Positions 52,945-64,000 of a stretch of 64,000 bases of DNA are shown in pieces (within the stretch, counting starts at the first letter, position 1; every line of letters starts with the position of its first letter). The notes below the pieces were generated by a model, which had not been told where the DNA came from, searched no databases, and worked only from the letters and a program-made list of their open reading frames with translations. Source of the DNA: Bispira polyomma (Eukaryota); NCBI GenBank assembly GCA_965649765.1, contig OZ287750.1:34534001-34598000 (forward strand). The letters run 5' to 3'. The position numbers and the translations under genes are program-made.

Positions 52945-55262
52945 ATGCCACTGCTATCCACCTCCACACAATGTACTTTATACATCTGCCTGACTGTCCT
53001 CCTGTCCCCAGGGAGTCAGGCACTACCTGAAGGGCCACCCACTGCCGCCTGTAGGACCATGCAGCCGGGAACACGGGTAGGGGAGGTGACAGTGGAAGGT
53101 CATGTGACCAAACACCAGAATGACTACCCAATGTATGGCAACTCGAGAATCCCACCCTACCATATCCGGTTTACTCCAGACACAGGGCAATATGAACCAG
53201 ATACAGAGTATACAGGTATGGGCAGCATCGTTACCTCTGCATCACTTTGGCAGGCAAAATAACCATTAGTAGAAACAAATATGCCTTCTGCTCTAAGTTT
53301 ACCATATTCTGCAATATAAAGGTAATATCCAACATACCTAAATATCTGATTCACTGTATTGTAGTGAGGATGGTTGTTTGATTATTCTAATTTTACAATA
53401 TACTGCTATATAACAGTAGTGACTACCACAGCCTATAAATGGCTCAAGGGGTCACGGTGGCCACCTAGTGGTTAGAATCACCTGCTTCACAATCACTGGT
53501 CTTTCAAAATATTGTTCCTTCATGTGGGAAAGTTTGTCAGGTACTTGCCGTAGGCCGGTGGTTAACAGTGCTTCATCACTGGTTTCTTCCACCATTGAAT
53601 CTATCCATCTCGATATGACCTAAGCTGTTGAAAGTGCCGTAAAACCCAACTAAATTCAAAATTGCAAATTCATAATATAAATTACTTTATTCTCTTGCAG
53701 TGAGGATTGTGGCCAATCAGACAACTGGACACAATTATTACAAAGGGATTCTGATGCAAGTCAGGAGAGTGTATTGTGCATCCAATCATACAATGGAAGG
53801 TAGGCTGACGTGATCATTTGCAGTTCTTCATATTCGCTATTTTCAAATGTACACATCATTCAATCCATCTGTATTTTTACATACCAAAAGCCCCATCTGA
53901 TTGTTTTGATTAAGTGGAATTAATTGTGATTTCCGACATCTCAAACCCTCTAACAGTATCACCAGTTTGCTCATTTTAACGCTTTTGCTCCACAGGTAAA
54001 TCTTATAGATGTGATCTAAGAGAAAGCTTTCTATGTACTTTTCCATATGTATGAAAGTCATTTGCCACTATGACCAAATGTTTTTTGACACAATCGCTTA
54101 GGAACACAGAAGATCTGGGTTAGATCCCAACCTGGGGCAGCCAGTTACAGGCGGATACATAGTGACTTGGATGATGGTGCTCACTGGGTTCTATCCCCAG
54201 TGGCAGGATAAAGATCCTTGGGAACAATAATAAATGGTCTCTTCAGCTTGGTTATTGGTGCTGGTTAGCTGTGATTAAACAGCTTCAAAATGTGACTTTA
54301 AATACCAGATAAAGGTAGCTAAATGCAGGATAAATTTGAATACAATCCAATACAATACCATGTTTTTTTTAATGTTTCAGTGGAGGAAGATCTCTATGGT
54401 ACCTTCTCTGTGCCAAGTTCTACTTCACAGACATTGCTAACAACTATGGACTGTTTTTATGAACATGTAAGTCCATCTGATATTTTCTGACTAACTTAGG
54501 AGCTAGGTATAGACGCACCAGATTAATTTCTAGCAAATTAAGTTTCTTTAATCGCCCATGTCTTAAGTCATTCTCTTCAAGCCTCCTCATAGTTAACTAA
54601 TGATCAAATTAAGTTACCTTTCCAAACTTGTGCTGCATTTGGCAAGCCACGTATAAGTTGTATTTTATGAATTAATGACTGCTGAATATGACCTAAATGT
54701 TTTATAAGGCTGTGCACACGAATTATAACTGATATAGTGGGGTTAGCACTCTGGCTATGACATTTTAAAAATCGCCTTGTAGCATAGGGAACCGTATCTA
54801 TAAATTTGTTTAAGTTCAGCTACCTTCCTAAACCTTCCACATTCGGTCATGCAAGACCAAGTTTTTGCCTCACCACAGCCAAAATTTTTAGAAAAATTCT
54901 TTCACCCATTCTATCTATAGTAATATTAAGTTTAATATGTAAATGAAAGAAACTAAAGTTGACAAATAGTATTATGAACTTTCGTTTTGTTTTTACAGTC
55001 ATCTCTGTGCCACTACTCTCCCCAGTTTAAAATCAATGAAACTGCCACTTGGAGGTCACCTGATAGTCACGTGGGTCACCTGGTGTTCTGGGCCACCATT
55101 GTACAGACGACAACAGTGTACTGGACACAAGTGCACTCTACTATTCTCCATGACCCTTTCGGAGATCCGATACCTATGTGTGGAGGGTGGCAGATCCAGG
55201 GTCCTGTTATTATGTTAATGTCTGCACTACTGGTGTTGTACATTAACAGAAGATCGTCATAA
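52945..55262 (+). CDS. Reeler-domain protein (putative defense protein/FRRS1 N-domain-like), 239 aa, with signal peptide and C-terminal hydrophobic (GPI-like) tail; exons 52945-53215, 53701-53799, 54381-54466, 54999-55262
   Basis: Four phase-consistent GT-AG exons total 720 nt. Motifs: ALPEGPP.AAC.TM.P...H, PY.I, YKGILMQVR, GTF, T.DC, H.....K, TW.SP....GHLVFWATIVQ....YW. Confidence 0.88.
53445..53655 (+). mobile_element. Decayed tRNA-SINE with V-domain-like core; representative of related copies (about 4845-5060, 7825-8060, 11915-12125, 20715-20910, 44190-44345, 52497-52720)
   Basis: GGTGGCC..TAGTGGTTAG head, AGTTTGTCAGGTACTTGCC..GG.CGGTGG core, GGTTTC.TCCACC, and GTTGAAAGTG.CGTAAAAC tail. 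Confidence 0.65.
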
Positions 55263-55386
55263 CATTGGTGTTTGTAAAAGAGACAATAATTAGAACAACA
55301 AATATTATCATATCTTTTGGTATGTTATAATTGCAAAGATGACGCTTGGGTGCAATTGATACTGGGATACAGTATCAATTTGTATA

Positions 55387-55644
55387 TGTTACAGTAATTA
55401 TGCTAAAACAGAAAATACGCTTATTTACTGGTTTTGGGCCTCCATTATTTCATAAGTTTACTGGTATCACTTGAGGTAAAATAAGACAAGTCAGTAAATA
55501 CGTGAATTTACTAGACCTGAAAACCAGTAAATATGCGCATTAATTGAAAATTTTAGGGATAATGCGTATTTAATGGCTAAATCAGTAAATACTCGCATTT
55601 ACAGTAGTATGCATATTTACTGATTCCGCATATTTACTGTGACA
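55387..55644. mobile_element. 258-bp MITE with TGT...ACA termini (Ginger-like) in the Reeler gene 3' region
   Basis: TIR TGTTACAGTAATTATGC versus reverse complement TGTCACAGTAAATATGC, with internal CAGTAAATA.GC repeats and flanks TATA/TTTA. It is absent from the paralogous copy at about 63545. Confidence 0.7.
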
Positions 55645-56112
55645 TTTACATATATTGTTGTGGGTCTTTATATGTAGGTGTAAATATATTAGTCTTTTTA
55701 ATTTTAACAGGACAAATTTGACTTCTAAATGTTTAGTTAAGGGACAATCCTTAAAATGATATCATATCTTTGTCTTAAGTACAGATATGAAACTCAGATA
55801 GAATCGATATAGTATCAATTTGTAAATATATATCTTTTGGGGTCTTATAAAGATATGTGTAACGATATATGTACTTTTTACTTCTATCAGATCAATGTAG
55901 ATGTTATTAATATATATTGAGAATGACTAATCCCCACAATTAAGAAATCGTGTCATTAGAAAAAGGTAAAAATTAGAACTTGAATTTCATACAAGTTATT
56001 TTGTTTAAATGGTTTAATATACTATGTGTGACCTGACTTTTTGGTTTATATTTTCTGGGTTATAATAATACACTAAATATATGCATATATATGTATGACA
56101 TGTCACTTGTAA

Positions 56113-57514
56113 AGCCCATTGCACACTGAATCCGGCGCGACGCGACGCGACACGACCCTTGCAGACGCGACACTGCAGCAAATATACCTTGCTTGCACAC
56201 CAAAAGCGACGCGACACTGCAGCAAATATACCTTGCTTGCACACCAAAAGCGACAATGTTAACAGCAGTAACAATGAAAAGGGATTAAGATTAAAATATT
56301 GAAGAACCATTTTGGATAATATGTTCTAAAATATATCTTACACACTTGTTAGCAATCAATATGATTGAATATATGAATACTGTATCTGAAAAGAGAATAT
56401 GTTGTCAATCTGCACACCAATCTCTAGTAGTAGTATAAGATTTAATCATTTGCTTTGCAACTTTTTAAAATTCCAATTAAGTTTCAATGTTGTTGTGACA
56501 TGTATTGCCATCAATTTAAATACCAATTTATATTTTAAATGAGATTGTAGTGATTTCCAGAGTTAACAGAGATGTCATTAATAAGTGCAATCGATTGCAA
56601 TCAACCATGAAAGTTAGATATTTGGTGTGGGCCCTGTGTCAACATTTTTATTCCTGCTGAACTTTTCACATTGCAATTGACCATTAATCTTGCCTATAAA
56701 AGAGTCCCATATTCATACAGTGTCATCAGCTGCATTGTGTAACACATATTGACTACAGTGTATTACATGAGATGATTATTTGTTTCTCTGTGTGTAAAGT
56801 TAATGTTTTATGTGTTGTTATAATATATCTGGGGTTTTTTATTCAAGAGAATTAAGTGAATGTCGCATTATATAAAACATGGTCATCATTTTAAAAAAGT
56901 AAACTCTCAATCTAATATATCACTGAAAATTATTGTGGGCGAACAGAACTGTTTTCAACCATAACATTTTGACAAAATGTGCCAAAAATTTCACCTCGAG
57001 TTGTCTCAAAAAAACACAACTATGTTATTCAATGGATGTTATATAGCCTATATCTATTAAATGTCAAAACTTTTTGGGGGATGACTTATTACCCAAATTG
57101 AGATTCAAATTTTGTAAGAAATATGGTGAGGAAGCTGGCCCATGATAAAGAACAAAGGCGTGTTTTAGAAATACATTAATAGATCTATATGTTGGCCAGT
57201 CATTGCCCATTAAACAATATTTTAATAAGTAATTTATTAAGATGAAAACTTTTGTTTATTAATATATGTATATGCTGGTCAATCAACAGCATATGTTACT
57301 GAGCAGTTAACATGTGAAAAAATACTTAGCATTTCTGAGAACGACTCAGACGCGACACCACACAAAAATAGAGAAATTTCTATTTTAAAAAACGGGTCGC
57401 GTCGTGTCGGGTCGTGTCGCGCCGGCTTTAGTGTGCAATGGCTGGTTATTTTATTAGGTTTCTATTTTTTGTCGTGTCGCGTTGCGTCGCGCCGGATTCA
57501 GTGTGCAATGGGCT
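56113..57514. mobile_element. Non-autonomous PIF/Harbinger transposon (1402 bp)
   Basis: About 44-bp TIR AGCCCATTGCACACTGAATCCGGCGCGACGC.ACGCGACACGAC, with TAA TSD at 56110-56112 and 57515-57517. A second, internal copy of the right TIR lies at about 57397-57442. Confidence 0.88.
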
Positions 57515-58309
57515 TAAGTACTATCCTGTGTTGTATTTCTTACTATGCTGACTACACTTATAGGCTATATTTTCCATTAATCCCAGTTTTTATATTTTAA
57601 ATTGTGGTATGTATTTGTAAATTAAGGTATAGGTGCTTAAATGATAGTCTTAAATAAGCTCTCAAGGTGTTTTAATGCGTTATTTAAGTGACAAAATAGT
57701 TTGAGTGTACATAATAAGGTTGTATATTACAGTAAACCTGAAGAATTTTGAAAATGTAATAAACAAATAGATTTTAGTGTGTCTTTTTCTTTCTGCAATA
57801 TAAAATATATTTGGATACAGATATATTTTTATGAGGACATAATAGTACATTATGAATGAGTCAATTTATATTGTGTGGCTTTAAACATCATTGAATTACA
57901 TTAGAATTTTTAATATAACTAATCATTATAATATTTATTGGACACTTCACAAAAGTCCCAAGCTTCTTTCACACACTCGACTACATGTACTGTTTAATAA
58001 CCAAGTAGAGAATCATTAACACATATCTTTTTATTGAGGCTGTTGTCATGTTCTCCCTTAAAAGTGGTGAAGCCTTGACCAACAAGTAGACAAATAATAA
58101 ACCCCCTTTCATTGAGGCTGGAGGGGGGTATGTCCTCCCTTCAAAGCGGTGACACATTGACCAACAAGCAAACAATCCTTAATTATTTGACTGTTGTTCT
58201 CCAGTTCACTGGGGCTCACCGGTATTCAGGATTTTTTAAAAATTATTACAATTACAGGCCTGATTTGCATGTCCTTGCAGACCTACATGTACCCCTACAA
58301 CACATACTG

Positions 58310-58570
58310 AGTTTTACTGGTTAGCCCTGGTTTCTTATTAAATTCAAGGTAATAATGTGCAGCAACCTGTCTACATATCATCCATGCTGTCTCTCAACTA
58401 TATTACCAGAGGTAATCGTCTCTTTACCTCCAGCTTCTCACCCCAAAAGCTGACTGGTTCAAAATCGTTTAAAGTTGCAGCGCCTGCTAAGTGGAATGGT
58501 CTCCCTACCAGTCTTCGCACTGAGACAAGGATAACAGCTTTTAGTAAAAACATCAAACATTAACTCATAG
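58310..58570 (+). mobile_element. L2-type LINE 3' fragment
   Basis: Translation GSKSFKVAAPAKWNGLPTSLR....ITAFSKNIKH. Confidence 0.65.
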
Positions 58571-58733
58571 TCTCATTTTTTACAAACAGCTACCAGTTTG
58601 ATAATTGTATAACTACTACACACATTCACTTTACCGGCTTATGGTTTACTGTTATCCGTAACATTTGGAGTAATATTGCCTTAGGTGAACTTGCATCGCA
58701 TGCTGGCAACAGTGTCTCCCTATGGCAGCAGGT

Positions 58734-59002
58734 GGAGCCGCGGTGGCCTAGTGTTTAGCAAGCATTGCGCTTCACAATCACTGGTCTCTCACCTCTGGGC
58801 GGCGTGAGTTCGAATCCCGTCGATGCCTATGTGGGAAAGGTGGTAGTTCCTTAATGTGGGCCGCTGGTTTCAGTGCAGAACCTTGATCAACTAACTGTAT
58901 GCAGTGTTTCCTCCAGCGTTTCCAACTACCCGTCCCAATATAACCTAAAACAGGTACTAGAGTGGACGTTAAATATCCAAATTAAAAAAACAAACTAAAA
59001 AA
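58734..59002 (+). mobile_element. tRNA-derived SINE (same family as 2914-3171)
   Basis: Box A/B head, A-rich tail, and a degenerate 14-bp TSD: CTATGGCAGCAGGT versus CTATGACAGTAGGT. Confidence 0.88.
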
Positions 59003-59027
59003 CTATGACAGTAGGTCCTCCTCCATA

Positions 59028-59960
59028 TTGTAATTGTAATTAGACTTTTATAGCACTTAATCTCCTCTTAACAAAGGGGACTCTAAGGCGCAAAGCACAA
59101 AAAACAGTAATCCAATATCCAATATCAAGAGACAGAAAAGGGTCAGCACCACAGAGCGCGCCGTGGGATGATTGAGACTAAGGTGGGTATGCTTTGGTGT
59201 ACAAGTGGGTTTTAAGCTGTTTCCAAAACAGGCTAGTGAGGGAAAAGCACAAATCACATCAGGAAGACCATTCCAAACTATGGGAACATTAAAAGCAAAG
59301 CTGTGACCAAAATGTTTAACCGCCTTTTGAGTAGGTGGGTGGAACTTCGGAACGACAAGGAAATTACTACCACTCTGACTATGTCTGGTATTGTAGGAAC
59401 TACTGTAAGTGGAAAGATATGGGGCAAAATACTTGAAACCCAGTGTGAAGAAACTTATAAACAAGTGTAGCTGTTTTAAACACTGAACGCTGTTCAACAG
59501 GGAGCCAATGCAATTTCTAAAGAATAGGAGTTATAATGGTGTATCGACTGGTGTTTGACACAATTCTAGCTGCACTATTTTGAATGCATTGTAATTTACG
59601 TAAATTAAACTTTGAGAGACTCCTGAAAAGCGAATTGCAGTAATCCAGTCTACTACTGACAAAAGCGTTGGCCACAAGTATAGAAGCATCATAAGTGAGA
59701 AACCGCTTGACATGTCTAAAGTCCCGGAGTTGCACAAAACAACTTTTGCAGACACTCTGAACGTGTTTAGGGAAGGAAAAGTCAGAGTCAAACCATACAC
59801 TCAGGTTCTTGACAGAATCAGCTGGGCTGAAATGGCTACCCAGGATGTCAACTGGAAACAATGCTTTCAACTTATCCCTCTGTTGTTTTGAGCCAAAGAT
59901 TATAAACTCAGTCTTGTCGAGATTAAGTTGGAGTTTACCAGTTGACATCCACTCTTTCAC
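59028..59960 (-). mobile_element. 5'-truncated, frameshifted L2-type LINE related to the 9213-10493 copy
   Basis: LQLNLDKTEFIIFGSK, SRLDYCNSLFRSL and WNGLP motifs; the 3' stem-loop and short-repeat tail lie near 59030-59090. Confidence 0.88.
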
Positions 59961-60039
59961 GTCGTCAAGATACCTGCATATTACAGGTTATCACAGCATG
60001 GGCACATTTAGTTATTGCCCAGCTGTAGTCCATATATAA

Positions 60040-61500
60040 ATAATAACTAAAACATTTATACAGCGCCAAATTGAGAACATTCTCTAAGGCGCTGATATGC
60101 AAAAAGGAAAAATTGAGGGGCAAGCAGAGGTCATTACCAAAAAGCATCTAACAAGGGAAGGGTGACTAAGGAGGGGGTAGGCTGGTCTGAAAGGGTAAGT
60201 TTTCAGATGGCTTCTGAAACCAATAATTTTATCCTGTGATATGACAGTATGTGAGAGTTTGTTCCCTTCAACAGGAACCGCAATGGCAAATCAGCACCTA
60301 CCAATTTTTCTGTTAAGTCGGATTGAGGAGACGGAGAGGTGGTTTCCCTGGGTAAGGCTATTAGATTTGATAAGTGAGGAGAGATAAGGAGATTGGTTGA
60401 GTTTGATGGCTTTAAACACAAGAAGATTGTATTTAAAAAGAATGGACTGTTCGACAGGTAGCCAGTGGGGTTTCTTTAGGTAGGGTGAGATATGGTTAAA
60501 TTTGTTAAGCTTTTACACAATATGGCAGAGGGCATTCTGAACTCTTTGGAGCCTTGTTATGTTGACCTTATTAATACCATACAGCAAGGAGTTGTAATAG
60601 TGTAGCCGGCTGCTCACCATTGCGTTAGCCACCTGGACCACAGTTTCGAGACTGAGGTACCTGCATATTCTGCACACATCACGTAGATGGTAGTAGCAGG
60701 CCCAGCAGACACTGGCTACATGACTACTGAAAGAGTTATCTTGGTCAAAAATAACACCAAGGTTTTTAACTTTACTTAATGGTGACTATTGTTGTTTAGT
60801 AGACTGATTAGAAAGAATGGTTTAAAGCTGTCTCGAGTAGAATTTTCACCTATAGCGATAAATTTAGTTTTTTCTGAGTTGAGTTTAAGCTTCGAGGTAT
60901 TTTGCCAACTCTGATATACTTTAGTCAAAATATTTAGGATCTAGCGCTAAGTATTTATGTGTGTCATCAGAATACAGGTGGTGCGTGATTTGCAGGAAGT
61001 ATTACTGTTGAAGATTGTGAAGTATTTTCTTCATTCCACAAGGCCTTTAGGTTATCCAGGTTTTCATTAACAAGCTAAGTGTTATGACTGTGTTTGGAAA
61101 GTTCCAACATGGGGTTGTAGCGGTTAACCTCAGCGCAGTACCTGCTCTTATTTATGCTTCACATGTCTTGGCGCCAGGTACATTCTAATTTATGCTTAAG
61201 ACATTTGGCAGACAGGATTTTCTTGTTTATGAAACTAGTATCAGTGTGTTGAGGAATTCTTTTGTTTGCTGGTGCGTGCCTGTCGAGTAGGTCTCTGAGG
61301 GTATTAAAGTATTGATGTTTGAGGAGACTAGCAGTTTGATGTGGGCACTTTATCAGGTCAGAGTTTAAAATGTCAGGCTTAAAATCCTGGGCATTTATTT
61401 TGTTAAGTTTTCGGATTGTCATATGTCTGTGGTTACATGGAACTCTGACATGGAAATCTACAGTAAGAACTATATCTGAGGTGATCAGATGGACCGCTAA
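60040..61500 (-). mobile_element. Older, internally deleted L2/CR1-type LINE
   Basis: Decayed RT C-terminal motifs (60200-60990, e.g. SRLHYYNSLLYG) and an endonuclease-RT linker (YFNTLRDLLDRHAP, 61159-61512). Confidence 0.75.
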
Positions 61501-62524
61501 TAACATGGGCACTGGTGGCGGTAGTGAAAAACCAATAGCAGTAAAATGAAAAAATAAACAAAAACAGATGGAAAAACTTATGTTATTTATAAAAACTATT
61601 TAGCAAAGTAAGGAAAGGTGTATATTATGCGAGGGATGATTGCAAAAGACAAGAAAACAACAGCAGATTAATTTGGCCAGTAAGATAAAAAATATAAAAA
61701 ATAAATATGGCATCCTACATGGGGTCCCTCATGTATGTCAGCATTCCGAACTTAACACTCAGTATGTGGCTACAGAAGAATTCTGTTTGAGAAACTCCTG
61801 GTTCAATGACATCTCAACTCGTCATATCCAACGAACACACCTTGAGAATATCAAATCTATCTCCCTTGATATAAATATGAGCAACTACTATGGTAATGTA
61901 AATGATGTAAAATTGTCATTAATGTTTTTTTGTACCACAAAGTACCCATAAATGATAAAATAGGATAAAATGAAACAAAGAGTTAATATTTTGGGATTAC
62001 TTAGAAATAAATGAATTTCTTATTCGGGGATAAAGGTAGAATGCACAGAGATTCATAAAAGGATTTTACAAGAATATTTGTCATCTTTACAGATACAAAT
62101 GGTACTAAGCCATTAATGTTCAAGACTTACTGGCTAAATATAAAAGACTAATGGCCTGTTTCCATATGTACGTAAAGGTCATCTGTACATGTCATATGTA
62201 CACATCCAAATATTTGCTCCGTATATATTTCTTTATGGTGTCCTTGAGCCGCTCTTTTTATTTTTATCAAGATGGTGATGACATCATCACCATCTTGATT
62301 ACACCGTCCAAAGAAATCTAATCGTGAAGACCGCACTTTCTACCATCTCCTTATATCATTTTTAATTCATTTTCATACTTAATGTTGTTTGCTACGAGGA
62401 CCATTTTTTGGTATTTTTCCTTACATCTCTCCTCGTTTCAACGGACATGTCTCCACAAATAGATATACAAGGAAAAACATGGGTTTGCGAATATATATAC
62501 GATACATATATATACACTATACTG

Positions 62525-63259
62525 GGGGCATCAGAACCCCCTCGTTGGGACTTCAATTTACCTGCTCCCGTTAACTGATTTAGCTGTTGGAGCTGGAGTA
62601 ATGGCTGATCCACCTGGGTTTGTAAATTCTCATTGGAACGCAAATAATCTAGTGAAGGGGCTACCGCCTCGGCTAGTGGCTCAACTATGCGAGGAACTAC
62701 AACAGTAGGATCAATATTGACAGTTTTAGTAGGTAAAGTACTACATGCCTGATGAGCGCTGGGTGGGCACAGCACCGCCTCCGTGACCTTCACGCATTGG
62801 TCCATGCTGTCCATTTTACTATTCAATGAGTTAAGCTGCTGAAGTATTAAATCAGAAACTGTAGCAGAAATCTCACCAGCTGTGGAACCAACCGTGGACA
62901 CATCATCAGCGACGCTAGCCTCCACAAACCGACAGTTTTTACCAACAGGCCGTGTATGTCTTGTCATGCACGCACTACACTGATATTCCCTTCTAGAAGG
63001 CATAATCAATAACTAAAATGGCTTAAAACACATAAAACGGGTAGTAAACGCCCAATTGTAAAAGCACTGTTATTGTGACAAGTTAAAGTTTTAATGATGG
63101 CGCTGTGTAGGCGCCAAAGCCTTTTATATGTGCCCTCGTGACCCCAGGTGGCCTAATTGACCCCCCAGTAGTCTGGTACCAGAACTGAGGGGGCTGCCAC
63201 CGTAGTGTCAGCCCACCAAACTGATAAAGTGGTGTTCACACTATGAAGTAATGGAGAGA
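62525..63259 (-). mobile_element. Probable DIRS-order (tyrosine-recombinase retrotransposon) 5' fragment: leader plus truncated gag-like ORF1 (ATG 63003)
   Basis: N-terminal C-X2-C-X3-H-X2-P-X-G-X2-C, a coiled coil (ILQQLNSLNSKMDSMDQ), and PSLDYLRSN..LQ.QVD..L..L followed by GKLKSQRGG. I recall these from invertebrate DIRS-like ORF1 proteins. The ORF degenerates into AT-rich sequence after about 62525. Confidence 0.55.
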
Positions 63260-63848
63260 GGGTCACCTGGTGCTCTGGGCAACCATTGTACTGACAACAA
63301 CAGTCTACCAGACTCAAGTGCACTGTACCTTTCTCCACAACCCGTTCGGAGATCCGATACCTCTGTGTGGAGGTTTACAGATCCAGGGTCCTGTTATTAT
63401 GTTAATGTCTGCACTACTGGTGTTGTACATTAACAGAAGATTGTCATAACATGGTGTTTGTAAAAGAGACAGTAATTAGAATAAAAATGATCATATCTTT
63501 GCAAAGATGACACTTGGGTGCAATTGATACAGTAACAATTTGTATACACATATTTTATTGGGTCTTTATATATATGTGTACAATATATTGCACTTTTCAA
63601 TTTTAACAGAACAAACTTGACTTTTAAGTATTGATACAGTAACAATTTGTACACATATATTTTATTGGGTCTTTATATGTATGTGTACAATATATTGCAC
63701 TTTTCAATTTTAACAGAACAAATTTGACTTTTAAGTACAAATATGACACTGTAGAATCGATATAGTATCAATTTTGTAAATATATATGTTTTGGGGTGTT
63801 ATAAAGATATGTATAACGTTATATGTTGTTTTTACTTCTATCAGACCA
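63260..63848 (+). pseudogene. Remnant paralog of the Reeler gene last exon (62 in-frame codons, TAA 63447-63449) plus 3'UTR
   Basis: Colinear with 55073-55895, with no indels in the coding part. It lacks the 55387-55644 MITE and has its own ~108-bp tandem duplication. Confidence 0.88.
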
Positions 63849-64000
63849 AATACAAAGAAAACAGTGTGGGTGTTTATACGTATCCGGATCCTTACCAGCC
63901 ACCTGCAAAGTAGCTTAAAATTTCACATGATTCGGCTGGATATTCTGTCCAGTGTGAATAGGAAACAGGCAATATCCATTTTCGGATAATTGTACGCAGT

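Noticed and set aside
58734-58830. tRNA gene
   Set aside because: Boxes A and B are present, but they are followed by a SINE body, tail and TSD, with multiple dispersed copies and no clean cloverleaf.

Overview
AT-rich, intron-rich animal genomic DNA, probably a lophotrochozoan such as a mollusc (inferred from the p40-type small heat-shock protein and the repeat families). It is not prokaryotic, and I found no CRISPR array, rRNA or true tRNA genes. Four host genes can be built by hand: (1) a 5'-partial 12-exon HAUS3 (augmin subunit 3) on +, 975-12316; (2) a small HSP with two alpha-crystallin domains and one coding exon on -, 22744-23853; (3) an unrecognised protein with a very long C-terminal hydrophobic hairpin on +, about 45061-46608; (4) a 4-exon secreted or GPI-type Reeler-domain gene on +, 52945-55262, with an in-frame remnant of its last exon at 63260-63848. 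The rest is dense with transposable elements. The largest is a 6.3-kb Ty3/Gypsy LTR element with the Gmr1-type PR-INT-RT-RH order, inserted in the sHSP 5'UTR intron. Others include L2/CR1 and L1/Tx1 LINE fragments, tRNA-derived SINEs, PIF/Harbinger, Mutator/Phantom-like, Ginger-like, Tc1/mariner and Helentron-like elements, and a DIRS-like gag fragment. The most unusual observations are in HAUS3 splicing: an apparent GG-AG intron (ATG|GGGAGT), five tandem in-frame splice donors created by a 48-bp repeat, and a duplicated acceptor disabled by a point change and a MITE insertion. All family calls rest on manual motif recognition; no database search was run.
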